DNA of 48,864 nucleotides, filler included, from Catajapyx aquilonaris (Eukaryota): the NCBI GenBank assembly GCA_000934665.2. It is 2 parts of 2 records of this genome, joined end to end, with 100 filler letters (N's around TTAATTAATTAA, not from the genome) between each part and the next. Parts side by side here need not be neighbours in the genome. Positions count along the whole stretch, not along the records: positions 1 to 24,367 come from JYFJ02005532.1; 1 more part is not named here. One strand, 5' to 3'. The translations under genes and the position numbers were made by a program. This document shows, in pieces, positions 1 to 11,920 of this stretch. The notes under the pieces were generated by a model. It searched no databases, had not been told where the DNA came from, and saw nothing but the letters and a program-made list of their open reading frames with translations. The first letter of the stretch is position 1. The number at the start of each line of letters is the position of its first letter.

Positions 1-628
1 CAGGAACCTCCTCACTCCAGAAAAAAATATGTCAACAAGATCTGCCCCGGGGCCAGACCCCCAGAGGCGAGCAAGCAGAGGTCATTTAACATGGGCAAGG
101 ATAGGAAAATCCCGCCTCTGCATAACTAACGCCGCCATTTTGATGGCAGGCCAAATTTGGCCGCTAGGGGCGTGCAACTGGAAAGTCATCAATTTTGGTT
201 CAATGCTTATGAGTATAACTTGCATGTTACGATGTTACGTTTGGACTCTTTCCGCAAAATATGAAATATGAAATAATATTAAAATTAATACTTTATAATT
301 TAAAACCCCATTGTTATTAATTATTCCTGCACTTCTTCCTCATGCCTGACATCCTTCGTCTTATATATCGCCGAATATGCAGACACATTGCACACATACT
401 AAATCGAATTTGGTGCCGTTGGAATCCCCACATTCTTTCCCTGACATCAATTAGAGGGTGTCATGGGCCTCCGATGCATTGGTATGACGAAATTCGCTGA
501 AATGTGTACAAAAACGTGCTCCCGCCATAGCCCGCTTATGGAAAAGCTAGCCCCCTAGCGTGACGTCACAGTGATCCACCCGTTCCCGCGCCCCGGCCTT
601 GTCTCTAGGTGGCCCTGGTCAGGGTGAC

Positions 629-654
629 GCGACAGACTTTTGGGCCACCCTGTA
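629..654. mobile_element. Right terminus of a Tc1/mariner-type non-autonomous element (left end probably outside the window)
   Basis: GACTTTTGGGCCACCCTG followed by TA; the reverse complement TA-CAGGGTGGCCCAAAAGTC is a typical Tc1/mariner TIR start. Partner TIR not seen. Confidence 0.4.
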
Positions 655-903
655 ACACTGAGGAGTATCCAGGCAGGCCTTATTTCACCCTGAAATGATT
701 GGGATCATCAGCTTTTCCTATAGTTGTGATGTAATGATTAATTTTTGAGGATGCGATCAGTGTTCCGAAGCATGGGAATTTGAGTAGTTGGGAGGACCAG
801 GCTAGGCCTGACGTCTCTCTTGGGATCTGAATGGCGTGTGTGACCCACTGGATTAAATAGAGAGGTTTTCAGTGCTGAACTTTGCAATTTGGTAAGACAC
901 TAA

Positions 904-1070
904 AGCTGGGTACACACGTAGCGAGTTACTCGGCCCAGCAGTGGGGAGAGTAGACTACTGTGCGTGCTCACTCGCCTTCCGAATGGGTTTCAGGCCGATT
1001 CACAGGCGAGTTGGAGGGCGAGTAGGCTACTGCGCAAACGTATTCCAACTCGCAACGTGTGTAGCTGGCT
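904..1070. mobile_element. PIF/Harbinger-like MITE
   Basis: Imperfect TIRs AGCTGGGTACACACGTAGCGAGTT ... AACTCGCAACGTGTGTAGCTGGCT, flanked by TAA on both sides (901-903, 1071-1073). Confidence 0.6.
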
Positions 1071-1073
1071 TAA

Positions 1074-2026
1074 GAGCGCGCTCTAGGCTACGCTATTCAT
1101 TGTTGCGGGTAGCCAGTCGCGGGCCGGCCCGTGAGTTTGACACTTCTTCCTCTCGCTGTCACGGCCGCAAATATGGAGGTATCGGCATGAAACTGGAGTA
1201 TCTGGACGTGAAAGGGTTGCACTTTGAGATGGTGCGCTTATTTTTCTCATGGGGCGATATTTGCGGCCGCCGCGGCCAGGTACAGTTTTTTATTTTGACC
1301 CGCAATTACTCCTTTCCATGTCGGCACCAGTGAGAGTCGAGAGCGTCACGAGGTTTATACGCCGAATTACCGTAAGTGTGTGAAAGGGCACGAGTGTGGC
1401 AGTCTTGGTTTGGCCAAACTTTGGGATCGAAAATACCCCCCTCCATGAACAATAACAACTTGCACGAAGAAAGGGACGATCTGGCAGCGCCGCGCTGACT
1501 GCCAGTTCGGTAACCACGGCGACATGGTATGTTTACATCGTTTTAATAATTTATTAGCGCTCTACTTTATCCGGCCGTCGCCGCGGTTACCGAACTGGCA
1601 GTCAGCGCGGCGCTGCCAGATCGTCCATTTCTTCGTGCAAGTTGTTATTGTTCATGGAGGGGGGTATTTTCGATCCCAAAGTTTGGCCAAACCAAGACTG
1701 CCACACTCGTGCCCTTTCACACACTTACGGTAATTCGGCGTAGAAACCTCGTGACGCTCTCGGATTTCACTGGTACCAACATGGAAAGGAGTAATTGCGG
1801 GTCAAAATAAAAAACTGTACCTGGCCGCGGCGGCCGCAAATATCGTCCCAGGAGAAAAATAAGCGCACCATGTCAAAGTGCAACTCTTTCGCGTCCAGAT
1901 ACTCCAGTTTCATGCCGATACCTCCATATTTGCGGCCGTGACAGCGAGAGGAAGAAGTGTCAAACTCGCGGGCCGGCCCGCGACGGGCTACCCGCAACTA
2001 TGAATAGTGTAGCCTGGAGCGCGCTC
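1074..2026. mobile_element. Foldback non-autonomous DNA transposon (~450-bp inverted arms, TTAA TSD)
   Basis: GAGCGCGCTC termini; arms ~1074-1525 and ~1577-2026 are reverse complements (the mirrored ORFs 941+ and 1767- reflect this); TTAA at 1070-1073 and 2027-2030. Confidence 0.85.
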
Positions 2027-2081
2027 TTAATGGCCGGTGTGCCTTNTTTTTTAAAAGACGGAAATGATTACTTGATAAGTA

Positions 2082-2222
2082 CTATCAGTCCACCAAGAAT
2101 TGTCGTAGCGGCAGCGCACGAACTACAGTCTACGAGCACTTCTCCAGTGACTTCTCCACCCGGAAGTGCTCGTAACTGTAGTTCGTGAGCTGCAGCTACG
2201 ACAATTCTCGGTGGACTGATAG
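2082..2222. mobile_element. Palindromic MITE with TA TSD
   Basis: CTATCAGTCCACCAAGAATTGTCGTAGC ... GCTACGACAATTCTCGGTGGACTGATAG, with TA on both sides. Confidence 0.75.
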
Positions 2223-3017
2223 TACAAATAGTGTTGGATTACCGAATTCTTGCATTTATTATTCCAATCCCATTGGTATTGCACTTATAATCAAATGAAA
2301 TTTAAATTGCATAGTGTGTTAACCCTTCCGCTTTAATTTTACAACTGAGATTGTGCATGTGTTATTTTACGGTGGCGTCTAACTCCCCAACGTTTACAGA
2401 TTTTAAAAACATCGTCCACGGCTTCAACCAACACCCTGAAGTCAACCTGGCATGGAGTTGCAGCTATGTCAGCGTAGAGTCACCCGTCAATCTTCAGTTT
2501 ATCACGGAGGATCCAGGAGCATTTGGTCAAGATTTTCATGAGACGGGATGAATCACTGCTGCTGTTTCATGCTCAAATCAGGTATGTCTATGGCACAAAC
2601 ATGTTTATTCTTGTCTGGCACATTGGTTGAGTAACAGTTGGTGTGCATTGGCCCAACCCAGCCCTCCCGTAACTCACACTCTAGCCTTTTGGGGATGGCC
2701 GTGTTCTTAACAAGTTCTCTGCCGCCAAGATTTGGCATTCCAGTCAATCTCTGTACCAAATCATATTCATGCGAACTACTTCTGAACCGTACTGAACCTC
2801 CCAATTCCCACTCAGTGCCAGTTTGCAGATGTGTCCACCAGCCACCGAATGCCATTTGCACCGTTACAAATCGCATTTGGGCGTTAGGTGGGCTTATCTG
2901 CAGACAGGGTCCGAATGGGAATTGATGGTTTAGGTAGGCACAGTGCGGATCAAAAGTTGTCCTCCCAAATGCGATTTGGTACAGTGCGCCACATCTGAGG
3001 ATTCAGGGACTTGTTAA

Positions 3018-3517
3018 CCCTCGGACGGTGACGTGGGCACTTTTTTTGACCAACGACACTTTTTTTGCTATAACTTGGAAAATTTAGGACATTCGAGATT
3101 CATCTTTGAGAACATTTTCGTTTGACTATTTCTGTGATGAATGGCGTTTAGTTTAAATTTTTTGAGCAAATAGCACGACCAGGGAAAAAGAAATAAGGCG
3201 GCAATGCGTAGTTGAGGCCCTACCAAGATCAGGTCTGGCGGCTCCCGGTGGCTTCCCAGGCCGCGAAGGGGTGGAATCACCTTACCCCCGGGAGTTGGGC
3301 CCGACTGATTTTCTTTCCGATTTTTTTCTGATTGCACTATTTGCTCAAAAAATGTAAACAAAGCGCTATTTGTCGTAGAAGGAATCACACTATGATTGCC
3401 TGAAAGGTGAAGCCCAAATGTGCTATATTTCGCCAGATATAACAAAAAATATGGCTTGGTCACAAAAAGTGCCCACGTCACCGGAGAGCGAACATTTCGC
3501 ACGTCACCCTCTGAGGG
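3018..3517. mobile_element. piggyBac-like MITE
   Basis: TTAA-CCCTCGGACGGTGACGTG ... CACGTCACCCTCTGAGGG-CTAA (right TSD mutated), plus a subterminal inverted repeat GTGACGTGGGCACTTTTT. Confidence 0.7.
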
Positions 3518-4011
3518 CTAAGCGCATACAAAGGCGGCTCTCCTTACAACACTGTGCATCGAAGATTCACTGAGATTTACTCCGACCTGGGCGCCACCAT
3601 GTTGGAAATTGCATGTGATTTGGGGGGAGAGAGAGAGAGAGTTTTCAAGCAATGCTGTAAACCTGCAACATCCCTGCGACTTCGCAGGTAAGCGGAGCGC
3701 GCAGCTTGCGCATGCAACTAGTCGCTGCAACATAGCGCCGACATTGCATGATTTGGGCTAGGCCTAATGCTACATCTTTGTTTTGTGTACACTATGTTGC
3801 GACAAACTCATCTGGAAATTGGCTGCATGACCATGGCTCGTTTTCATCTGAATGACTCATATATTTTGCTTTACAATTTCATACTGATGGCTGGTTGGAA
3901 AATTTTTGCGGGAATTTTTTGCATTCGTATTTTAGATGGAAAAGATTACTTAAAAAGTGCAGATGGTATGGTATTACAGAATGTTTGCAATAATAGTTTT
4001 AATCCCATCAG

Positions 4012-5075
4012 TACGGAAGCTCCTAGGGGCCACCCACTTTTAATTTTACACCACATATTTTCACTGATGTTTTTATTTTACCCGCAGTGTATTAACAACA
4101 ACATGTATTTTCACCGGTGTTTTTATTTTACCCGCAGTGTATTAAGAGCGGCATTAATTATTTTCACCCCCGCAGTATTTTCACCCGTTCCCACGTTTTT
4201 TTTTCCCCTCGCGCTTGTTTTTTTCTTCGTCCCCCTTTTATTTTCCGCACCACAGTTTTTATTTTACACATGTTTGAGAAACTAATGCGGGCCTCGTCGA
4301 TAGCACGATAGTGTAGTGCGGAGTGAGCGGAAAGTCGGAAGTACGAAGACAGCAGAGGTCGAGGTGCGGGAGCAGTGGACGCAGCGACCTCGGCTGGGAC
4401 AGTGGACAGTGGACACTTCGACGGCGATCGGGTGTGGTAAGTATTTGGGGCTCTGATTTGTCGGGGGACGAGTGATATATGCATCATGCCTAGTAGGTGG
4501 AATAGTGGAATGGCTTCTCTCCGACTCTGACTCGCTCACTACTACTTAGCAGTGTCCTACGAACTGGTTTGGTTGAAGAGCTCCTGCCTCCGGACGGGAG
4601 CCAGAAGCTAAGTAGTAGTGAGCGAGTCAGAGTTGGAGAGAAGCCATTCCACTATTCCACCTACTAGGTATGATGCATATATCACTCGTCCCCCGACAAA
4701 TCAGAGCCCCAAATACTTGCCACACCCGATCGCCGTCGAAGTGTCCAGTGTCCACTGTCCCAGCCGAGGTCGCTGCGTCCACTGCTCTCGCACCTCGACC
4801 TCTGCTGTCTTTGCACTTCCGACTAGGCCCGCATTAGTATCTCGAACATGTGTAAAATAAAAACTGGGGTGCAGAAAATAATAGGGGACGAAGAAAAAAA
4901 AACCACGCGGGAACGGGTGAAAATAATTAATAATGTCGCGGTTAATACACTGCGGGTAAAATAAAAACATTGGTGAAAATAAATGATGTTGTTAATACAC
5001 TGCGGGTAAAATAAAAACATCGGTGGAAATATGTGTTGTAAAATAAAAAGTGGGTGGCCCCTAGGAGCTTTCGTA
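4012..5075. mobile_element. Foldback element with TAC...GTA termini and 6-bp TSD (IS3EU-like non-autonomous)
   Basis: TACGGAAGCTCCTAGGGGCCACCCAC ... GTGGGTGGCCCCTAGGAGCTTTCGTA; CATCAG duplicated at 4006-4011 and 5076-5081; ~500-bp inverted arms with internal TTTTATTTTACCCGCAGTGTATTAA repeats. Superfamily inferred from termini and TSD only. Confidence 0.8.
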
Positions 5076-5774
5076 CATCAGTATTGACCTTCCTTACAAT
5101 TATATGAAAATTTAAATTTCATAATGTGTCAACCCTTCTGCTTTAATTTTCTGACTAAGATCATGCATTTGTTATCTTATCGCAGCCTCTAAGTCATCCT
5201 CTTGTTGACAGATTATTTAGCCACCAAAAACCAGTTTAGAAATACAGTAATTGAAGGCAAAGATGAGACCTTTCACTGGTTTACATGCTAGTGACAACAG
5301 CAGATCCTGGCTGGTCTTTAGGCTCTCTTTAGTTTTGGGAAATTTTGCTCAAGGCTGTATTTTGTAGCCCACTGTGGAGGTCCACTATTTTTAGCAACTG
5401 CTATTTTCTATGACCTGAGAATAATTTGGTACTTGGATTGAGTTGCAAAAAGTAATCACCAAAATAACTACTACAGCAATATTGGTGATAACTAAAAGCA
5501 ACCCTGATCCATGGAATACCTTGCACACTTGTATGACTTATCATTTTACCATCTTGTTTTGCTGGAACTTAACCTTGTCAGAGTGGGGAATGAAACCAGG
5601 GTGGATAGGATTATTTGAATGGGGATGAACTGGGCCTTGATGGTGTATACAAGAACCCAAGCTTACTCAGAAGTTGTGAACGTAATTTTTGAACTGTAAT
5701 GCCAGTGAATCAAGTGATGAGACAGAGCCCAATGCATTTTGAGGTCATGGCGTGGAACTTTTTAAATGGTGTTA

Positions 5775-5961
5775 AGGTGCGAAAACATGTGAGTGATTTG
5801 ATCACCGATGCATCGCTGAGTAACCCGAGTAACGAATATTGTTTGAGGTGAAAGCAACGCTCGATTTTCGCCTCAACCAATACAGGTTGCTCGGGTTACT
5901 CAGCGATGCACCGCTTGGCAATGACATCGTGAGATCACATCGCTCACATGTTAACGCACCT
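5775..5961. mobile_element. Harbinger-like MITE
   Basis: AGGTGCG...CGCACCT ends, internal inverted GCATCGCTGAGTAACCCGAG, TTA TSD. Confidence 0.65.
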
Positions 5962-6058
5962 TTAAATGGAGTGATCTAGGCTTCAAGGGGTATAATTTGG
6001 GGAAATTGTCCACAATTTTGTACACCTTCATGCCCATTTAGCGCAGGGTCCTTTTTAA

Positions 6059-6528
6059 CCCTTATCTACGTAGGTGGGCGAAACACCTTTAACTACGTAG
6101 GTGGAGCCTGAGAGGCTCCAACGGTATATTTAAATTTCTGCTTATCAACTAAATTGCTATATTGGACTTTTCACATACAGAAAGTGCAGTTCAGATCATT
6201 AGGCTTACGAAAACGTAAAAATCACACGCTGAGTCAGCATATTCCGACAGGGAAAATTTTTAAATTAAAAGGTTACATCATGCTTGAGCCGCTCAGGCTT
6301 CACCTACATAGGTAGAGCCTGAGCGGTTCCAGGAGGGACCTGTTCCTCGTTACGAATTTTTTAAAACCAAACAATATAGATTTAAAAAAAATTTATTTCC
6401 TTTCCATGCTTAGGAAGGTTTTTCTGACAAAGTCACGGAAGGACGGGGGAAAATAAAATTCAATGAAAAAGTTACATGCGTGTAAATAGTGCTTGGAGCC
6501 TCTCAGGCTCCACCTACGTAGTTAAGGG
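6059..6528. mobile_element. piggyBac-like MITE
   Basis: TTAA-CCCTTATCTACGTAGGTGG ... CCACCTACGTAGTTAAGGG-TTAA. Confidence 0.8.
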
Positions 6529-6700
6529 TTAATTCCCTTTATAGGACGAACAGGCAATAGGATGTTTGCACCTGGAATTCTACTCAGCGTTAACGGCTCA
6601 TATGTTGAGAGGAAGTGAGGCCGGTTTCATAATGCAACTTTCTATGGTGTTGCGCTGTATTGCTGTCCAAGCAAAGCCCTGCACGCCAAATCTCATTATA

Positions 6701-6837
6701 CAGTGGAGCCTTGATTATCCGAAACAGTGGGAGACTGGGGGTGTTCGGATAACTGATTTTTTTGGATAACCGAAAAACTGTATATTTTGTATCACAATCA
6801 CGTCTTTAAAATACATATACCTTACATAAAGAAGTAT

Positions 6838-6900
<63 letters not shown>

Positions 6901-7437
6901 TATCCGGGTAGTGCTTGGCCTTCCCGGCATGTAGCACGGACCTTTATTTGTACGATGTACATATTTGGAACCTAATTATTGAAGTGCCCGGGCCCACGGG
7001 CAGGATGACAGGAGGGGATGTGCAAGGTGCAGTGCAATGTCTTAAACGTGACAATTTTTAGTGAACTCCCCCGGGTGGTTTAGTCTGTTGGAAATACCAC
7101 CCGAGAAGAAGCCAGAGGTGACCCAATGAACTCTGCACGAGATGAAGGGGGTGTCCCCGGGCTGGGATCGAACCCGGGACCTTAACATCCGTGGGCACAT
7201 ACGTTACCGCAGCACCACTCCGCCTCCCCGTTTACATAAAGAAGTATACAGTACACTACATACATTAAAGTAAGCCCACAGCTTAGGAAAATTAGTCAAA
7301 TACTATACATTATTTTCTTTGCTTCAGAGCTGAGACTCGTTTTTTTGGGCTCTAAATCTCGTGGATTTGCCGACTCGAACGCTTTCGGTTACCCGAGGTT
7401 TCAGTTGATTATTGTTTGGATAATCGAGGCTCCACTG
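6701..7437. mobile_element. pogo/Tigger-like MITE interrupted by a SINE
   Basis: TA-CAGTGGAGCCTTGATTATCC ... GGATAATCGAGGCTCCACTG-TA. Confidence 0.75.
6839..7229 (-). mobile_element. tRNA-derived SINE, copy A
   Basis: Minus strand begins GGGGAGGCGGAGTGGTGCTGCGG (A box), then GGTTCGATCCC (B box); (TTA/TAA)n tail at 6839-6901; 17-bp TSD TTACATAAAGAAGTATA (6822-6838, 7232-7248); related copies at 25004-25379 and 42114-42417. Confidence 0.85.
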
Positions 7438-10400
7438 TACATATATTGTGAACATTGTAACCGCGCTGACTACTACAGGGTGTATCAAAAGTTGGTACCT
7501 ATTTTTATTTCCAAATAACTTTCCAAACAGTACACCTATGGAAGTGAAACGTGATTCAAAATGTGCTGGAATTCATGACAAGTTTAGTTTATTTACCCCG
7601 GTAGGCTTAACGCTTTTACATGGGGGAGCTCATCTGAATATTTACATTAATTAACCCAAATAAGACAGGTGGTTTTTCGTGTTTTTGCAAGTATCTGCAA
7701 AAAAATCCCTTTCGTTGGGACTTGGGGGACGAGACTTGAAAACCCTAGTGAATAAGATCGTATAGTGTCCAGGCTTGATCCTGAGGCCATCTATGTGACC
7801 CTCCTCTCATGCGTACACAGTGGAAACACTCATATGCAGAACAAGGTAGCGCAGAGTGGTATGTTTTGCAGCTACTCCCAATTTTTTGTCACTCTGCCTG
7901 CTTGACAAAAAATTATCGGTATGTAACCTTGGCATCGCTGAACCAAGCAGTATATAAGCACATAGCATGAAATACAGCACAGGCCTGCCAAGCGAGCTGT
8001 GTTGATAAACACACAACCCCTCATGAACGTAAACATCACAGCAGCTCGTAAACAGCGCCGGGGCATGCGCCCTGCATCAGGATGGAGGGCGGGCAGGAGT
8101 TGCGCAGAAGCCCGCCAGCTGCTAATTGGCATTTACGAACATTATTTATTTTAAAACTATTGAATGATCTTTTGCACTAATTTTAGGGTGGAATCTCTTG
8201 AGGTTTGCGGGCAACTATGTATGCCAAAATTTTGCCGATCAAGGTCGGATTTTGTTTCTTTTTTTGAAGTTTTTATTTTCAGCGGCCGCAAAAAGATGAT
8301 TTCATTCAAGTTCATCTGGTTAATCCGGTTTATTTATGCACGATTTTGTAGTCCAAAACCCGCGATTTTTAACGCGAGAAAAAATTTAAAAAGCCACACA
8401 GAAACCACGTTACATAGTGGGAAAACGCTGTAGTTTCGCCAGCAGAATTTTTTAAGAGCCACCGCATCAGCATATGATACGCCCGTTTTGTTAGAGTTAA
8501 AGATGGTAGATATTTGGAAAAACTGGTATGCAAGTCATTCACTAGATTTTCAGTGTGGTGGTGTAAGACCTGAACATGCGGTGTTGATGTACATTGTTTG
8601 CCTGTGACGGGTGCATAGTTCCTGCATCAAAGAGAGACAGTTCTGGTTGTAACGGCCACTTGCATTGTATTTAGAAGATTTGCAATAATTGAGTGTTTAT
8701 TGCGTAATGGCTTGGCTATAGACTTAATATTAATTTTGCCCATTTTCTCCTCGACAGGTTGTGCAAGTATGTGCTGCCAAAGCCCCAGTCGATGCTGCCA
8801 GTATCCCAGCAAGCTTACCAACTTATGCTTGGGTTGGGCTGACCACTGCACTGGATGATGGAAGGTGGTTCCAGAACTGACATTGCCATGTGTCAACATA
8901 GAGAAGCAATGATCTTCATCCTATGGCCAAGCCGTCTTCTAGAGTTCCACCTGAATGCAATAACATATTGATATACCTAACCTGCCTTGCTGCAGTCCCG
9001 TTCCCTTCTACAAGCAGATTCCTGCCAGGTTACGATGCAATACCATTCCACAGTCCTTGCTAACGACAAATGCTTGACAAAAAAGGAGAGAGATGCTGAG
9101 AGCAACTAACGTTTTGTAGATGCAATGGATTTGGTCTATTTCTTGCCAAATGTTCCAAACATCTGCCCATAGCATGTTGCTTTAGGCATGGTAGCCATGC
9201 TGAACTGGTAGTACTTGCCACTTTGAGTTCTTGTGTTTCCGACATGTCAGAAAGACACTTAAAATCAGTATTATCACAGTTGACTTGAGCCAAAAAAAAA
9301 AAGAGAGAGAGAGAGAGAGAAAGAGAGATCCACACTGGAGGACTGAGGGGAAGGACTTGGGAAGGGCAACATGAACATAAGAGGCCTTTGGGACACTGGG
9401 TTGGGATGGGCATCAATCCCCCAACCATCAAGAGATCCCTTGCGGGATGCTGGCGTGGACAACGTAAGGGTAGCAGTTGGGAAGAAGACCCAGGGGCCTC
9501 ATCCACGCCTTCTCCTCGTCCAATACTAGATGCAACAGACCGTGTTGCTTGCCTGGAAGGCTCAAGTCTTCTCATGTACCGTTACATAACTAGATGTGAT
9601 CAAAGTTGGCAAGCACATGAGACAAGCTATGGCAGTATCTCGACCTGGATCAGATGTCACCTTTGCCTACATGTTGGGTGTGAAATTTCTGCACCTGTGA
9701 TTATTTTATAATGTAAGCATGGGTTAAGAACAACCCACATTCCACATGCCAAATGTTGGTTCAAGAGTTGTCACACCTTTGTATATTCTAGTACCCAGAC
9801 AGCCACACACCGTTAAGAGAAAGGTGGTGACAACATCATGTAGAGCCCAAATTTTGATTCCACCTTTTATTGGTTATGGTGGCATGTTTCAAAAACAGGC
9901 ATGGTCATGAACCAAAGGTTTGTCCATCTACTGAAAGTTGTTGGCTTGGGTTTAAAAAAATTTCCAAGTTACTAAACAGGTGATCATGTAGTGGTCAAAT
10001 TTTGAAGATCTGATCATGGGTTGGATACATGATTGCCAACAGGGGGACCATCATGTGGCTGTCATTGATATGTAGGCTACAACTTTTCCTCCCCACATAA
10101 GCTATTTGGCTGACGTATGTCGAGAGAGAGTTAATATTTTACCTTGGAGTTTTACCATTGTTGTGGTAATTGTAAAAGTTTTCATGGGACTGAATAAGCA
10201 AACAATTTTATGATGGAAATATGTTACACAATAGCCTATGAACCATAATAATCTCAACGGGTACAACTTGGAGGTTACGGAGGCCTAAGTTGACCTGGCC
10301 TGAATGTGGTCCTCGGAAAGTGATGATCCGTCTTTGTGGGTATGAGTTTCCTCCTGCTCTGTGGATGACCCTCTGGGCCCTTATCGCTCCGATGTCTTAA

Positions 10401-10458
10401 CTGGAGCTTCAGCTTAATCACAAGTTTAAGATACTTTGGTGACCCTTTACAGATGCTC

Positions 10459-10604
10459 GTGTTGGCCCTGAAAAGGGCCGTTTGTTATGTTGGTCCTGAA
10501 AAGGACCGGTTGTTTGATGCGCCGCTGCTGCTGCTGCTGCTGAGCTCGTAGGCCGCGTCTGCTGTGGAGCTCGGAGTCGGGCGTTCCTCGTTGCAGGCTG
10601 AAGT
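10459..10604 (-). ncRNA. Putative ~145-nt Pol II non-coding RNA ending in two histone-type 3' stem-loops
   Basis: Minus strand: TATA-like motif (10630-10637), TCACTT initiator-like motif about 30 nt downstream, no AUG, then GGTCCTTTTCAGGACC (10507-10492) and GGCCCTTTTCAGGGCC (10479-10464), each with an AC-rich 5' flank and AACA 3' flank. Transcription is inferred, not shown. Confidence 0.45.
10464..10507 (-). terminator. Tandem histone mRNA 3'-end stem-loop motifs (SLBP-binding consensus)
   Basis: Two 6-bp-stem/UUUC-loop hairpins matching the metazoan histone stem-loop consensus, spaced 28 nt apart; purine-rich AAAGGG lies ~15 nt after the distal stem (10448-10443). Confidence 0.75.
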
Positions 10605-10612
10605 GAAGTGGC

Positions 10613-10649
10613 CCGCGCCTTGGTGCTGCTTTTTATAGCCAAGGCGCGG
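10613..10649 (-). promoter_or_regulatory. TATA box bracketed by an 11-bp inverted repeat
   Basis: CCGCGCCTTGG (10613-10623) and CCAAGGCGCGG (10639-10649) flank the minus-strand CTATAAAAAGCAGCA. Confidence 0.5.
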
Positions 10650-10994
10650 ACCTTGTGGAGGTCGATCCAGAGTTGGCCGACTCTGGCCTTGAAGGTTTTT
10701 GGAGGGAAAAAGAGAGCAGGGGACAGGATAGGTTTGGAGGCCGATGCGAGTCAGGGGACATTTGCCCGTGAGGTGAAGCCGGCAGGGGATGGCGTGCCTG
10801 CCGGCTCACCATAATACAATGAAACGAAGTGCCTGCATGGTTATTATTATTCGCTACAGAGTTCCAGACAAACACTGGCTGATAATGAGGTATGAATTAT
10901 TATGTACAATTTATTGTCAACTGGACTAGGAACTATAAGTGCCGCCAAGAGCTATTAATTATTTGTATGTTTGGGTGAAAAAAATCCCCTTCCA

Positions 10995-11920
10995 TTCTTC
11001 AATCCACATCGGCATTACAAAATCTACACCTTCGTGCAGTGTATCCATATAGCGCCAAGGCTGCCTTACACGTGGCACATTGTCGTCGTCTTCAGAACTC
11101 GATTCTCGGCCCTCGATGCTGGTCAGATCGTCGTCAGAACTAGTATCTTGGTCGCCGTGGTCACCAAGGTCTGTGGCAAGGTCGTCGTTTAAATTATTAT
11201 CTGCGTGATGATTGGCCAGTCCCTCATCAATGTGTTGGTTTAAATTCTGGGGGAAAGGAGAGGGTGATTCATCATAAACCCATAATCCTTTGTCACACAC
11301 GTACCTGGCTCCAATGTGCAAGTCCTTCATCATGTAAAAAAAACTCCCACGTCATCACCGGTGCGTACAAAATAACCGTCCACAGACATCTAAATCCAAA
11401 TGTATGGATGCAGGGCCGGTCAATCCAAATGAAAGATATCGAATAAAATGTAACGGGAAGTTGCCAGACTATCTGTGTGGTGAGCCACCCCCGAATGTTG
11501 GCCGGGGCAAGCCCCGTCGGTGTCTAAAGAAAAGAAAAAAAAGGGGGAGAATTGAAAAGTTTCTTCCATTTTTGTAAATTTTTTTTGATCAACCTAAACC
11601 CATCTGTACAGAAAGCCGAGCCAGCATATGGTTCCGAACATCCAAATTCCTCCAACCCCGGTTCCAGCCAGTGCATATAGAAGTGGCAGAGCCATGGTCA
11701 TTTTGATAATTCCTGCAAGTCTGGGATTCCCTCTAACTGCGCCGGTCATCCTGTGTGTTTTGACCCTTTTCTTCAGTGCCTGCGTGAAGTGGAACCAACA
11801 TCCACACACCCTGGCCTCGGGGAAGCCTTCCGCTGCCGCCCTCTGCAGCGCCTTTTCGTAGTCTGTCAGAATTACGTCAGGAGTTCAACCAAATCGTGCG
11901 CTAATATGTTCCAAGACTCT
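10995..11920 (-). pseudogene. Decayed MULE (Mutator-like) transposase with C-terminal Cys-rich (RING-like) remnant
   Basis: Minus-strand TPDVILTDYEKALQRAAAEGFPEARVCGCWFHFTQALKKR...MALPLL, then SVDGYFVRTGDDVG (decayed RTNN.E motif), an acidic linker and CATCK...CRFCNADV; stops and frameshifts present. Confidence 0.8.

Noticed and set aside
941..1997. Mirror-image ORFs with similar translations on opposite strands (also 4282-4860)
   Set aside because: Produced by the inverted arms of foldback elements; no protein motifs.
2295..2405. Diverged duplicate of 5105-5215 as possible exons
   Set aside because: Similarity is real but there is no coherent reading frame or splice structure.
7150..7229. 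tRNA gene
   Set aside because: A and B boxes are present, but this is the head of a SINE with body, tail and TSD; no convincing cloverleaf.
7746..8544. Possible Academ-like element (TAGTGAAT...ATTCACTA)
   Set aside because: Only a short inverted match and no matching TSD.
8757..10100. Possible decayed EnSpm/CACTA-like transposase (LCKYVLPKPQSMLP...; RCHLCLHVG)
   Set aside because: Motifs too degenerate to support by eye; needs a translated profile search.
10418..10642. ORF MAIKSSTK... as a histone or other CDS
   Set aside because: Starts at TTG overlapping the TATA box, shows no histone-fold similarity, and runs through the stem-loops.
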